From a virus (lineage: Duplodnaviria > Heunggongvirae > Uroviricota > Caudoviricetes): a DNA stretch of 37,546 nt. The notes beneath the pieces are model-generated. The model was given only the letters and a program-made list of their open reading frames with translations. It was not told the origin of the DNA and did not search any database. A program made the translations under genes and the position numbers. Of this stretch, positions 25,587 through 35,390 are shown piece by piece; the stretch's first letter is position 1, and every line of letters starts with the position of its first letter. Location of the stretch: IMG/VR virus record IMGVR_UViG_2565956620_000003; one strand, written 5' to 3'.

Positions 25587-28538
25587 ATGTCGGGACAGTT
25601 TTCAGTCGGCGTTGTTATCGGCGGGATGATTGGCAGCACATTCCGTTCTGCAATGAGCGGTACCCGCCGTGCGCTTGATTCCCTGAGCGATACCTCACGC
25701 CGCCTGCAGGAACGTCAGAACGCTTTAACCCGTGCAACAGAACGTTATGGTCAACTGGGTTCTTCCCGGATGCAGCATCTCAACAGCGAGCTGCTGCGGG
25801 TAAGCCGCACCATGGAGCAAATTGAGCGCCAGCAGCGCCGTCTGTCAGCGGCATCCGCTACCAGTGATGCGCTGAAAGCTAACCGCATGGCGCTGTATGG
25901 TCAGGGGATTGAAGCGTATGGCATGGCACAGACTGTTTATCATACGGTTTCCCCTGCCGTTCAGCAGTCCATGTCTTTTCAGGACAAAATGATTGATATG
26001 TCGATCACCGCAAAATATGACAATAAAACGCGGGATGCACTTGCCGGACAGATAAAAGGCTGGGCGCTTAAATACAATCAGTATCAGGATGAGCTGCAGG
26101 AGGCGATGGGTTCACTCATCAGCGACAATATTGATAATGTGTCAGATATCGGTTTTCTGATGCCGGATATTGCCCGCGCGGCAACGGCAACACGCACGTC
26201 TGCTCAGGACTGGGCAAAAGTGGCCGCAGTCTGGCAAAACTCCCTGAAAGGCGCGGCCAGAGATTTTGGTGCCGTTCAGAATATTATGGCTTATGCCGGT
26301 GACCAGGGGTCATTTGAAATCCCGGATCAGGTCAAGTGGATGCAGTCCCTGGCCCCAATGATGGCGGGTATTGCCAGTGGAAAAGAGGCTGTTGCTGAAA
26401 TCGGGGCCAGTCTCCAGATAGCAAAAATCGGTGCAGGTTCCACCGACGAAGCAGCCAATAATTTTAAAAACTTTCTTACCAAAATTTTTGCCCGCGATAC
26501 TCAGAAACAGTTTGCTGATCTGGGTATTGATTTGCAGGGATCTATTGCGAGTTATAAAGCTGCGGGGATCTCTCCGATTGAAGGGATGTTGAGTGTTATA
26601 GAACGTTACCTCAATGCCAAAAGCCCCGAAGCGCTGGCCGGCTTCAAATCAGCCATGAAAATAAAGAATGATACGGCAAGAGATGAGGCACTTCAGGCTC
26701 TGGCGAAAAACTTTGGTCTGGGCGATATGTTCGCGGATATGCAGGTCATGGCATTTATCCGCCCGATGCTGGCCAACATGGACAGATATCGAGAGATCCG
26801 TGCCGGTGCTCTCAGGGCTGCGGATAACGATTTGCTTGCCAGTGCTTATGATCAGCGGCTGAAATCTCCCCTTGAAGCCACTAAAACACTTATGGTCAGC
26901 AGTCGCGATCTGGCAATTACGCTGGGCGATCAATTAGCTCCATCTTTTATTTCTCTGACTCAGGACTTGCTCCCACTCATTCAGGGGACAAAACACTGGG
27001 TGGCGACTCACCCGCAATTTGTCAGTGGGGCTTTTAAGCTCATCAGTGCGCTCCTTGCGATTAAGATAGCGACTGTTGGTCTCAAACTGGGGCTGAATCT
27101 CCTTATTTCCCCCTTTGTGAACGTCTGGAAAACTGCTGTTTTACTCCGGACCAACTGGCATCGACTGACTACCGCACTCGGAGAAGGTGGCAAATTACGC
27201 TGGCTTGTCACTGGATTCAGCCGACTGACCAGCGGAGGACTGAAACTCAGCAAAGTTCTGGCGGGCAGCCTCGTTCGCGGTTTTATGAGCGCTGCACGTG
27301 CCGTTCTCTGGATTGGGCGAGCGCTGATGATGAATCCCATCGGTCTCGTTATCACCGCTGTCGCGGCAGCAGCTTACCTTATCTACCGCAACTGGGGGGC
27401 AGTCAGTGGCTGGTTTAAACAGCGCTGGGCTGACATTCAGGAAGCCTTTAACGGCGGTATCGCGGGAACTGGTAAGCTGCTGATTAACTGGTCGCCGGCA
27501 GGCCTGCTCTATAAAGCCTTTGCGGCTGCGCTGAAATATTTCGGCGTTACTCTGCCGGCAAAGTTCACCGACTTCGGTGGCCATCTTATCGACGGTTTGA
27601 TTAACGGTATCAAAAACAAATGGGGGTCGCTCAAATCCAGTGTAACCGGAATGGGTGACAGCATCAGTAGCTGGTTTAAACAATGCTGGGCTGACATTCA
27701 GGAAGCCTTTAACGGCGGTATCGCGGGAACTGGTAAGCTGCTGATTAACTGGTCGCCGGCAGGCCTGCTCTATAAAGCCTTTGCAGCTGCGCTGAAATAT
27801 CTTGGTGTTGATCTGCCGGCAAAGTTTACCGACTTCGGTGGCCATCTTGTCGATGGTCTGATTAACGGTATCAAAAACAAATGGGAGTCGCTCAAATCCA
27901 GTGTAACCGGAATGGGCGACAGCATCAGTGGCTGGTTCAGCGAAAAGCTGGGCATTCATTCGCCGAGCCGCGTGTTTATGGGCTTTGGTGACAATATCGC
28001 GCAGGGGGCCGCCATTGGCCTGCAGCGGACCACTCCGCTTGCAGCTCTGGCCGGGCAGCGAATGGCCAGTGAACTGCTCCCCAGAATGCCCGTGAGCATT
28101 CAGGGGCCAGAAATACGGGATAACACTTCAGGTGTTCGCTTCAGTATGCCGTTGCCCGATATCAATGGGTTTATGTCGTCTGCTAAAAATGCGATCGGAG
28201 CCGTAATCAATAGTTTGTCTTCCATGCCCGCTATTCCGCTCTCCACCCGGGCATCGATTTTACCAGGGCAACGTCTGGCAAATGAGATGACACCGGATGT
28301 TCCCCGTATCCCCTCGCCTGAAATCCTGGCTGCCGGATATTCAGGCCGTGGTGCAGCTGCAACCGGCGGTGGAACGTCTGGTGGTATCCAGGTCAGCTTT
28401 AATCCTCAGTTTTTCCTCAATGGCAGGGAAACCACAGCGCCTGCAGGACTGACTGGTGCCCTGAATATGAGTCTGCATGAGCTGGAAAAAATGCTGGAGC
28501 GTCTGCTGGCTCAGAAACAACGTAAGGAGTACCGCTGA
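25587..28538 (+). CDS. Tail tape measure protein
   Basis: 983 aa; long helical N-terminal part, hydrophobic central segments, position after the chaperone pair. Confidence 0.9.
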   Translation: MSGQFSVGVVIGGMIGSTFRSAMSGTRRALDSLSDTSRRLQERQNALTRATERYGQLGSSRMQHLNSELLRVSRTMEQIERQQRRLSAASATSDALKANRMALYGQGIEAYGMAQTVYHTVSPAVQQSMSFQDKMIDMSITAKYDNKTRDALAGQIKGWALKYNQYQDELQEAMGSLISDNIDNVSDIGFLMPDIARAATATRTSAQDWAKVAAVWQNSLKGAARDFGAVQNIMAYAGDQGSFEIPDQVKWMQSLAPMMAGIASGKEAVAEIGASLQIAKIGAGSTDEAANNFKNFLTKIFARDTQKQFADLGIDLQGSIASYKAAGISPIEGMLSVIERYLNAKSPEALAGFKSAMKIKNDTARDEALQALAKNFGLGDMFADMQVMAFIRPMLANMDRYREIRAGALRAADNDLLASAYDQRLKSPLEATKTLMVSSRDLAITLGDQLAPSFISLTQDLLPLIQGTKHWVATHPQFVSGAFKLISALLAIKIATVGLKLGLNLLISPFVNVWKTAVLLRTNWHRLTTALGEGGKLRWLVTGFSRLTSGGLKLSKVLAGSLVRGFMSAARAVLWIGRALMMNPIGLVITAVAAAAYLIYRNWGAVSGWFKQRWADIQEAFNGGIAGTGKLLINWSPAGLLYKAFAAALKYFGVTLPAKFTDFGGHLIDGLINGIKNKWGSLKSSVTGMGDSISSWFKQCWADIQEAFNGGIAGTGKLLINWSPAGLLYKAFAAALKYLGVDLPAKFTDFGGHLVDGLINGIKNKWESLKSSVTGMGDSISGWFSEKLGIHSPSRVFMGFGDNIAQGAAIGLQRTTPLAALAGQRMASELLPRMPVSIQGPEIRDNTSGVRFSMPLPDINGFMSSAKNAIGAVINSLSSMPAIPLSTRASILPGQRLANEMTPDVPRIPSPEILAAGYSGRGAAATGGGTSGGIQVSFNPQFFLNGRETTAPAGLTGALNMSLHELEKMLERLLAQKQRKEYR
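27411..27932 (+). repeat. In-frame tandem duplication (2 x 261 bp) inside the tape measure gene
   Basis: Two adjacent, nearly identical 87-aa units beginning WFKQ(R/C)WADIQEAFNGGIAGTGKLLINWSPAGLLYKAFAAALKY...; copies start at 27411 and 27672. Confidence 0.85.
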
Positions 28539-29422
28539 TGTTTGCCGTACTGGGTGATATTGAGTTTGAGCTGATTACCTACTGGGACGGCTTCGAGGCC
28601 ACGTTCGGCGTCGATTATGCGGAGCATGCCCGCATCGGGGGTAAGCCTGGTCTGCAGTTCGTCGGCGACAGGCTGGACGAAATCCAGATAACTCTGGTTT
28701 TCCATCAGCATTATTGTGTACCCGATGTGGAGCTGGCGAGACTGCGAACAGCCATGAAAGCCCATCAGGCACTGGCGCTGGTCTTCGGCAACGGTGACTA
28801 TCGCGGCTGGTTCGTGATCACCGATGTGACTGCAACCAGCGAGCAGACTGACAGTACCGGCAACGTGCTGGCTGTCAGTGCCACCGTGTCTCTCCGGGAA
28901 TACACCGGTGACCCGAAAAATCCTCTGCAACCACCGGCAATACGCACGAAGCTCCCGGGTGTCGGGGCGGTCTCCGGTGCCATACCTTCACCTTCAGGGG
29001 TGGCGCAGTTCATCCGCAACGGCGTCAACTATGCGAAACAGGCGCAGTCTGTACTCCAGACCACTATCAGCGCCGTTCGGGTGACACAGAAAATGAAGGA
29101 TAACCCCGTTGTCGCACTGACCCGTGTGCCGGGGCTGATGAGCGGACTGGGTAATATCTCCGGGGCTCTGGGGAAAAGTGTTCCGGCGTTTAACGCACTC
29201 TCTGAATCCATGCCCGATGCCATCAGTCTGGCCAGAACAGCCAGCGAAGCAGCCACGTATGTACAGCAGGCACAGTCTGCGCTGAGTGGTGTGGACAAAA
29301 GAAATATTGCAGGTGCTCTGGATACCGTTTCCGGGCAGCTTAACGCCGTCGGCACAGCATTCAACCGCATGTCTCCGGGATTAAGTGCAATGGCCGCCAG
29401 AATACTGACGAGGAGTGTGTGA
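28538..29422 (+). CDS. Tail protein, P2 gpU-like N-terminal domain with C-terminal extension
   Basis: N-terminus MFAVLGDIEFEL ... ARIGGKPGLQFVGDRLDEIQI resembles P2 gpU; ATGA overlap with the tape measure stop. Confidence 0.55.
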   Translation: MFAVLGDIEFELITYWDGFEATFGVDYAEHARIGGKPGLQFVGDRLDEIQITLVFHQHYCVPDVELARLRTAMKAHQALALVFGNGDYRGWFVITDVTATSEQTDSTGNVLAVSATVSLREYTGDPKNPLQPPAIRTKLPGVGAVSGAIPSPSGVAQFIRNGVNYAKQAQSVLQTTISAVRVTQKMKDNPVVALTRVPGLMSGLGNISGALGKSVPAFNALSESMPDAISLARTASEAATYVQQAQSALSGVDKRNIAGALDTVSGQLNAVGTAFNRMSPGLSAMAARILTRSV

Positions 29423-29634
29423 TGTTTCTTGAACATGTTACCCGTGACGGAGAGCGCTGGGATTCGCTGGCATGGCAGTACTACGGTGACCCGCTGGGCT
29501 ATCCCCGGATTATTGCCGCCAATCCGCACGTGGCCATCACGCCGGTGCTGCCCTCCGGGCTGTTGTTACTGATCCCGGTGATTGAGGCTGAAGAAGCCCG
29601 TACAGAAGAGGATATTGCCCCATGGCTGAGATAA
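29419..29634 (+). CDS. Tail protein X-like (P2 gpX-type)
   Basis: 71 aa; small ORF in the conserved position before the gpD-like gene. Confidence 0.55.
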   Translation: MMFLEHVTRDGERWDSLAWQYYGDPLGYPRIIAANPHVAITPVLPSGLLLLIPVIEAEEARTEEDIAPWLR

Positions 29635-30776
29635 ACAGCACTGCGCAAGTCACATCAGCGTTAACCGGCGTCAGCGATGTGCTGACACCGGTGTTCACTC
29701 TGTGGTATCTGCAGAAAAACATCACCTCTGATATCGCGCCTTATGTCACCCGTGTGACCTGGAGCGATAACATCAAAAATGAGTCCGATACCATTGAGGT
29801 GGAGCTGGACGACACCGATGGCCGCTGGCTGGATAAATGGTATCCGGGCAAGGGTGACACGCTGACGCTGAAAATGGGCTATCAGGGCGAGAAGCTGCTG
29901 TCCTGCGGTACGTTCTCTATAGACGAGATCGAAGTGAGTTCGCCCGCTTCCGTTGTTTCTATCCGTGGGGTGGCCACCTCGGTTAACAGTGCCCTGCGGA
30001 CTAAAACCAGTCGTGGTTTTGAGAACACCACGCTGGCAGCTGTTGCGGGGCGGATTGCCAGAAAGCACCGGCTGAAACTGGTGGGCAGCATTGAGTCCAT
30101 CAGAATCGACCGGGTGACCCAGTATGCTGAAACCGACGTGGGTTTTCTGCGCCGGCTGGCCAGCGAGTATGGTTATGCAGTGAAAGTGGTCAGTGACCAG
30201 CTGATTTTTTCTCATCTGGCCACACTGCGCAGTCAGGAGCCGGTCAGGCAGTTAAAACCGCAGGATGTGGCCCGCTTTTCCCTGCGTGACACCATCAACC
30301 GGGTCTATAAATCTGCAAAGGTAAAACACCAGAAAAGCAGCAGTAAAAAACTGATCGTCTACGAAGCTGATGGTGGTACCCGTGAAAGCGACAAAAAGCT
30401 CAAAGGTGGTAAGGTTACCAGCGCTGACTCACTTAAAGTTAACAGCCGCGTCAGCGACCCGGACAGTGCCCGGATTAAAGCGGATTCAGCACTGGCCAGA
30501 CATAACGAATACCAGCAGAACGGCTCCCTGACGCTGACGGGAACACCTCAACTGACAGCAGGCAACAAAATTGAACTGGTGAGTTTTGGGCAGTTATCCG
30601 GGCCATGGCTCATAACCACTGCCCGCCATGCGTTTGACCGTAACAGCGGCTACACCACAGAGCTGGAAGTGGCACGGGGGCCAGTCACAAGAGGGAAAAA
30701 ACAAAAAACTCAGAAACTCACGGTTTATCACCCGGATGGCAGTACATCGACGGTGATTAAGGAGAAGAAAAAATGA
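29622..30776 (+). CDS. Baseplate hub / late control gene D-like tail protein
   Basis: 384 aa; order and size match the P2 D / Mu P position. Confidence 0.7.
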   Translation: MAEINSTAQVTSALTGVSDVLTPVFTLWYLQKNITSDIAPYVTRVTWSDNIKNESDTIEVELDDTDGRWLDKWYPGKGDTLTLKMGYQGEKLLSCGTFSIDEIEVSSPASVVSIRGVATSVNSALRTKTSRGFENTTLAAVAGRIARKHRLKLVGSIESIRIDRVTQYAETDVGFLRRLASEYGYAVKVVSDQLIFSHLATLRSQEPVRQLKPQDVARFSLRDTINRVYKSAKVKHQKSSSKKLIVYEADGGTRESDKKLKGGKVTSADSLKVNSRVSDPDSARIKADSALARHNEYQQNGSLTLTGTPQLTAGNKIELVSFGQLSGPWLITTARHAFDRNSGYTTELEVARGPVTRGKKQKTQKLTVYHPDGSTSTVIKEKKK

Positions 30777-31369
30777 CTGGTGTCACTCGTCAGGTCGGTA
30801 CGGTCAGTGCCGTTGATGCCGACAGGGTTCAGGCCCGCGTTCGTCTGCCTGAATGCGATAACCTGCGCACAAACTGGCTTAACGTGCTGCAGCGCAATAC
30901 CCAGGATAACAAAGATTACTGGCTCCCTGACGTGGGGGAGCAGGTTGAGGTGCTGCTCGATGCCAACGGCGAGGATGGTGTTATTCTGGGCGCGGTGTAT
31001 TCAGACGTCGATAAACCACCGTTCAGTGACAAAAATATCCGGGGAACCCGGTTTGCTGATGGTGCAGAGTACAGCTACAACCGGAAGACGCACACTCTGA
31101 TCATCCGGGGCGGCATTGAGCATATTGTCATTGAGTGTGGTGCTGATGTGGTATTGAAAACACAGAAAGCCACGATTGACGCACCGGAAACCGAACTTAC
31201 CGGAGATCTGCGTGTCAGGGGTAAGCTGATTTACGAAGGAGGCATGGCGGGTTCTGGTGGTGAAGGTGTTACCGCGACCATCCATGGCAATATCGAGATT
31301 AAAGGGAATGTCCATGCCACGGGCAGTATGTTGTCTGATGGCGAAAACTCCAGCCACCACTCCCACTGA
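30773..31369 (+). CDS. Baseplate spike protein (gpV-like)
   Basis: 198 aa; gpV-like N-terminal domain (WLPDVGEQVEVLLDANGEDGVILGAVYSD). Confidence 0.75.
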   Translation: MTGVTRQVGTVSAVDADRVQARVRLPECDNLRTNWLNVLQRNTQDNKDYWLPDVGEQVEVLLDANGEDGVILGAVYSDVDKPPFSDKNIRGTRFADGAEYSYNRKTHTLIIRGGIEHIVIECGADVVLKTQKATIDAPETELTGDLRVRGKLIYEGGMAGSGGEGVTATIHGNIEIKGNVHATGSMLSDGENSSHHSH

Positions 31370-31423
31370 GCTTTTTAAACGCCTTTAATATCAGCGTTCC
31401 CGCACGGGGGCAATACTGCCCCC

Positions 31424-31771
31424 ATGAAAACAACCTCAGTATTCTGGCAACCAGCCCTGCAGGCTCCCGGCGAAATTGTCCGGGGGCTGGATGATATCCG
31501 GCAGGCGATTCAAATTATCCTGCGGACTCCCCGCGGCAGCGACCCGCATCGCCCGGAGTTCGGCAGCAATCTGCATCTTTATATCGACTGGCCTGTAGAC
31601 CGGGCCATTCCGCATGTGGTGCGCGAATCCGTCGATGCCATCCGGCGCTGGGAGCCCCGCTGCCAGCTTATGTCAGTTAAACCCGCCGTCGACGGCGAAC
31701 ATCTTACGCTCCGGGTGAGCTGGAAAGGCTCAGACGGACAGACCCGGACTCAGGAGCTGCTATGGCGCTGA
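31424..31771 (+). CDS. Baseplate wedge protein (gpW / gp25-like)
   Basis: 115 aa; motif VRGLDDIRQAIQIILRTPRGSDPHRPEFGSNLHLYID typical of the gpW/gp25 family. Confidence 0.75.
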   Translation: MKTTSVFWQPALQAPGEIVRGLDDIRQAIQIILRTPRGSDPHRPEFGSNLHLYIDWPVDRAIPHVVRESVDAIRRWEPRCQLMSVKPAVDGEHLTLRVSWKGSDGQTRTQELLWR

Positions 31772-32865
31772 CAGAACCCGATTTTATTGAACGCGATGCC
31801 GACAAAATCACGGCAGAAATGATTGCGAAGTATGAAGCGGATACCGGCAAAACGCTGTACCCGGCACAGGCAGAACGTCTGCTGATTGATCTGTGGGCCT
31901 ATCGCGAAATGCTGGTCAGGGTTGCGGTACAGGAGGCAGCAAAGCAGAATCTGGTCGCCTTTGCCCGTGAGCCGATGATTGATTACCTCGGTGAACTGGT
32001 CGGTGTATACCGTCTTGCCGCGCAGCCTGCCACCACCACGCTCCAGTTCTCCGTAGATGAGGCACTGGCCATTGATGTGCTGATCCCGGCAGGCACCCGC
32101 GTCAGCGCTTCCGACAGCGTTATTTTTGCCACCGATACAGATGTGGTACTGAAGGCCGGATTGCTGCTGGTCAATGTCACGGCCACCTGTACCGAACCCG
32201 GTACCGCTGGTAACGGCTGGCAACCTGCGCAGGTCAGTCAGTTACTCGATGAGATTGATAACGTTAACCTGCTGGTGAGCAATCTGATGGCCAGTTCCGG
32301 CGGTTCAGAACAGGAAGACGATGACAGGCTCCGGGAGCGTATCAGGCTGGCCCCGGAGTCATTCACCAATGCCGGAAGCCGTGGCGCATACCGCTTTCAT
32401 GCCATGCAGGCCCATCCCAACATTGTCGATGTTGCTGTGCTTTCCCCGGTTCCCGGGACCGTAGATCTGTATCCGCTGCTCAGTACCGGTCTGCCGGACG
32501 GCGGTGTTCTCACGCTGGTAGAGAGTTTCTGCTCTGATGAGAAAGTCAGGCCACTCACTGATACAGTGCGGGCTAAAACACCAGTGAAGGTGGATTACAC
32601 CATTGAAGCCAGGATTACGATCTATCGTGATCAGGATGCCAGGTCTGTAAAAGATGCCGCTAACAGCGCCATACAGAACTGGGTGGCATCACGTGCCGCC
32701 ACGCTGGGGCGCGATATTGTCCCCAGCCAGATTATCAGTGCATTGTCCGTTTCCGGGGTGTACCAGGTTGAACTGGTGACACCGGCACTGCGGGTGGTGG
32801 CAGAAAACGAATGGGCAAACTGTACGGCAATCACTCTTAACATGACTGGAGTGTCTGATGACTGA
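31762..32865 (+). CDS. Baseplate J-like protein
   Basis: 367 aa; position after the gpW-like gene. Confidence 0.8.
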   Translation: MALTEPDFIERDADKITAEMIAKYEADTGKTLYPAQAERLLIDLWAYREMLVRVAVQEAAKQNLVAFAREPMIDYLGELVGVYRLAAQPATTTLQFSVDEALAIDVLIPAGTRVSASDSVIFATDTDVVLKAGLLLVNVTATCTEPGTAGNGWQPAQVSQLLDEIDNVNLLVSNLMASSGGSEQEDDDRLRERIRLAPESFTNAGSRGAYRFHAMQAHPNIVDVAVLSPVPGTVDLYPLLSTGLPDGGVLTLVESFCSDEKVRPLTDTVRAKTPVKVDYTIEARITIYRDQDARSVKDAANSAIQNWVASRAATLGRDIVPSQIISALSVSGVYQVELVTPALRVVAENEWANCTAITLNMTGVSDD

Positions 32866-33436
32866 GCCATTACAACTCCCGCCACCGCTTGAGGGTGATA
32901 TCAGTCTCAGGACGCTGGGAAGACTGGCAGGACGGCTGGATAACATCGACCTGAGCGTACTGATGGTCTTTCTCGTCGATATCGTCGACAGTTCCGCGCT
33001 GCCATGGCTGGGCGAGCAGTTCTCACTGTCTGGCGATGGCTGGGAGCTGGCGGAATCGGACGATGTTCGCCGCATGCTTATAAAAGCAGCCATCGAACTG
33101 CACCGGTATAAAGGGACGCCGTGGTCAATCCGGGAAGTTATCCGCCGTTTTGGCTTTGGTGAAGTGGATCTGATTGAAGGCACAGGTCGTCTCAGTTACG
33201 ACGGCAATCGCAGCTATAACGGACTGTTTGTTCATGGAGATGCAGCCGCCTGGGCAGTTTATCGCGTTATTCTGAAACAGCCCATTACTAACGATCAGGC
33301 CGCGATGCTGCGTCAGACGCTGGCTGCATTTGCACCGGCCCGCTGCCATCTGGCCAGCCTGGAGTATCAGTCTGTGGCCATTCGCTATAACAATACCGCC
33401 ATCCATGATGGCAGTTATAACCACGGGAGCAGTTGA
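32858..33436 (+). CDS. Tail protein I-like (baseplate, fibre attachment)
   Basis: 192 aa; P2 gpI position, directly upstream of the fibre gene. Confidence 0.7.
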   Translation: MTEPLQLPPPLEGDISLRTLGRLAGRLDNIDLSVLMVFLVDIVDSSALPWLGEQFSLSGDGWELAESDDVRRMLIKAAIELHRYKGTPWSIREVIRRFGFGEVDLIEGTGRLSYDGNRSYNGLFVHGDAAAWAVYRVILKQPITNDQAAMLRQTLAAFAPARCHLASLEYQSVAIRYNNTAIHDGSYNHGSS

Positions 33437-34770
33437 TTATGGGAAACCTGAATGAAACAGAAAAGTGGGAAGAAAATATCTATCAACTGGAGACATCAGA
33501 TCCGGTTCTGGGTGGTGCAGACGGGATATCAAATCGAGCCCCCCGGCAACTGGCAAACAGGACGAAATGGCTGAAGAAGAAAACGGAGGAAGCCGCACAG
33601 TCACTGGCTGAACACGTACGTTCCCGTAACCACCCGGACGCGACACTGACAGCTAAGGGGTTCACCCAACTGAGCAGTGCCACCAACAGCACCTCTGAAA
33701 CGCTGGCCGCCACACCAAAAGCGGTCAAGGCTGCATACGACCTGGCAGCCGGCAAGGCGCCTGCCAGCCACACTCACCCGTGGAGTCAGATAACGGGAGT
33801 GCCTGCGGCTTCACTGACGGCAAAAGGCACCGTACAACTGAGCAGCGCCACGGACAGTCAATCAGAAACTGAGGCTGCCACGCCGAAGGCGGTCAAGGCT
33901 GCATACGACCTTGCAGCCGGCAAGGCGCCCGTCAGCCACACTCACCCGTGGAGTCAGATAACGGGAGTGCCTGCTGCCTCGCTGACGGCAAAAGGCACCG
34001 TACAATTGAGCAGTGCCATCAACAGCACGTCTGAAATACTGGCCGCCACACCGAAAGCGGTCAAGGCTGCATACGATCTGGCAAACGGAAAACAACCGGC
34101 AGATGCCACGCTCACTGCTCTGGCAGGACTTGCCACTGCAGCAGATCGGTTGCCTTATTTTACCGGAGCAGACCGCGCAGAGCTGGCAACCCTTACAGCT
34201 ATTGGTCGCGCTATTATCGCTAAGGGCAGTATAAAAGATGTCCTCAATTACCTTGGTTTAGGAGAAGGCTCGGCGCTACCCGTTGGTGTGCCTGTTCCGT
34301 GGCCCACCGCCACACCGCCAGCAGGCTGGTTAAAGTGCGACGGGCGCGCCTTTACAAAAGAACAATATCCTGTTCTGGCCAGAGTCTACCCGACCCTCCG
34401 TCTTCCCGATTTACGCGGTGAGTTTATCCGTGGATGGGACGACGGGCGCAAAGTTGATACAGGACGTAAGTTGCTGTCCGCACAAGGGGCAACGCTGTTA
34501 AGAACAGCAATGCTGGATTATTATAACCAGGACACTACGGGAACCTCGGGGATAGTCGGCATGGGATTCAACAATGAAGATTCCATTACAGACCTTCGTG
34601 AGGGCAGCTTTAAAATGCCGGACGGGACAACATTCAGCGATCCTGTCGTGGCAATGTCAGACAATGGTATGCAGGCTACTATTCTGACCTCTATCAGAAG
34701 CGGGTATGCGAAGGGTATCACTGTCAGACCCCGTAGCATTGCACTTAATTACATTGTGAGGGCAGTTTAA
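33433..34770 (+). CDS. Tail fibre protein: constant N-terminal part plus the currently expressed variable C-terminal cassette 1
   Basis: 445 aa; internal 56-aa tandem repeats; its C-terminal about 170 aa begin with the sequence GEGSALPVGVPVPWPTATPPAGWL that is also found at the start of two minus-strand cassettes. Confidence 0.85.
   Translation: MIMGNLNETEKWEENIYQLETSDPVLGGADGISNRAPRQLANRTKWLKKKTEEAAQSLAEHVRSRNHPDATLTAKGFTQLSSATNSTSETLAATPKAVKAAYDLAAGKAPASHTHPWSQITGVPAASLTAKGTVQLSSATDSQSETEAATPKAVKAAYDLAAGKAPVSHTHPWSQITGVPAASLTAKGTVQLSSAINSTSEILAATPKAVKAAYDLANGKQPADATLTALAGLATAADRLPYFTGADRAELATLTAIGRAIIAKGSIKDVLNYLGLGEGSALPVGVPVPWPTATPPAGWLKCDGRAFTKEQYPVLARVYPTLRLPDLRGEFIRGWDDGRKVDTGRKLLSAQGATLLRTAMLDYYNQDTTGTSGIVGMGFNNEDSITDLREGSFKMPDGTTFSDPVVAMSDNGMQATILTSIRSGYAKGITVRPRSIALNYIVRAV
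33646..34100 (+). repeat. About 2.7 tandem copies of a 168-bp (56-aa) tail-fibre repeat
   Basis: Units starting CTGAC at 33646, 33814 and 33982; protein unit LTAKG..QLSSA..S.SE..AATPKAVKAAYDLA.GKAP.SHTHPWSQITGVPAAS. Confidence 0.75.
34246..34271 (+). other. Candidate recombination crossover site A (gix/hix-like), inside the fibre gene
   Basis: TTACCTTGGTTTAGGAGAAGG; its reverse complement aligns with sites B and C around an AAACC-AA core. Confidence 0.5.
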
Positions 34771-35384
34771 TGAGTAACACTGCAGTTCTGGATGAAAACG
34801 GTATCGCCACTGTAGCGGGCGATATCACTGTATATCACTATGACGAGGAAACCCGGGAATACACCTCATCCTCTGTGGAGTATCTCGCCCTTGGGGTGGG
34901 TACTCCGGCACATTCGTGCGCCGATGCACCGCCGGAAGCAATTTCGGGTTACGTGGTTTGCCGGACTGCCACGCTGAACGGGTGGGAGCATGTGCCTGAT
35001 CACCGCGGCGAGACGGTATACAGCACGGAGAACGGTAACCCCGTTCTGATTACCCAACCGGGTGATTACCCGGCGGACACCACCACAAAACAGCCAGCCA
35101 CGCCATGGGATACCTGGAACGGTGAGGCGTGGGTAACCGATACTGAACGGCAGCGAGCCGCAGAACTGGAGGTTGCCAGACAGCAACGCCAGCAACGGGT
35201 GAAACAGGCGATGGCGTCCGTCGATCTTATCAACCTCAAACTGCGTGCTGGTCGCAGTCTGAAACCAGAAGAAACGGCAAAACTGAACGCCGTGCTGGAT
35301 TATATCGACGAGCTGAACGCACTGGATATCAGCAAGGCACCTGAAATCAGCTGGCCGGAAGCGCCACTGGCGCTTGCCGGCTGA
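34770..35384 (+). CDS. Tail fibre assembly protein (Mu U / Tfa-like)
   Basis: 204 aa; start overlaps the fibre stop (TAATG); located inside the invertible segment. Confidence 0.7.
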   Translation: MSNTAVLDENGIATVAGDITVYHYDEETREYTSSSVEYLALGVGTPAHSCADAPPEAISGYVVCRTATLNGWEHVPDHRGETVYSTENGNPVLITQPGDYPADTTTKQPATPWDTWNGEAWVTDTERQRAAELEVARQQRQQRVKQAMASVDLINLKLRAGRSLKPEETAKLNAVLDYIDELNALDISKAPEISWPEAPLALAG

Positions 35385-35390
35385 ACGGTA

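Noticed and set aside
27411-27932. Possible CRISPR array suggested by repeated sequence
   Set aside because: Only two long (261 bp) in-frame coding copies with no short repeat-spacer periodicity; the fibre repeats (33646..34100) are likewise coding.
27195-27959. 254-aa minus-strand ORF and two near-identical short ORFs (27509..27697, 27770..27955)
   Set aside because: Mirror images of the tandem duplication inside the tape measure gene; their internal repetition is explained by the coding repeat on the plus strand.
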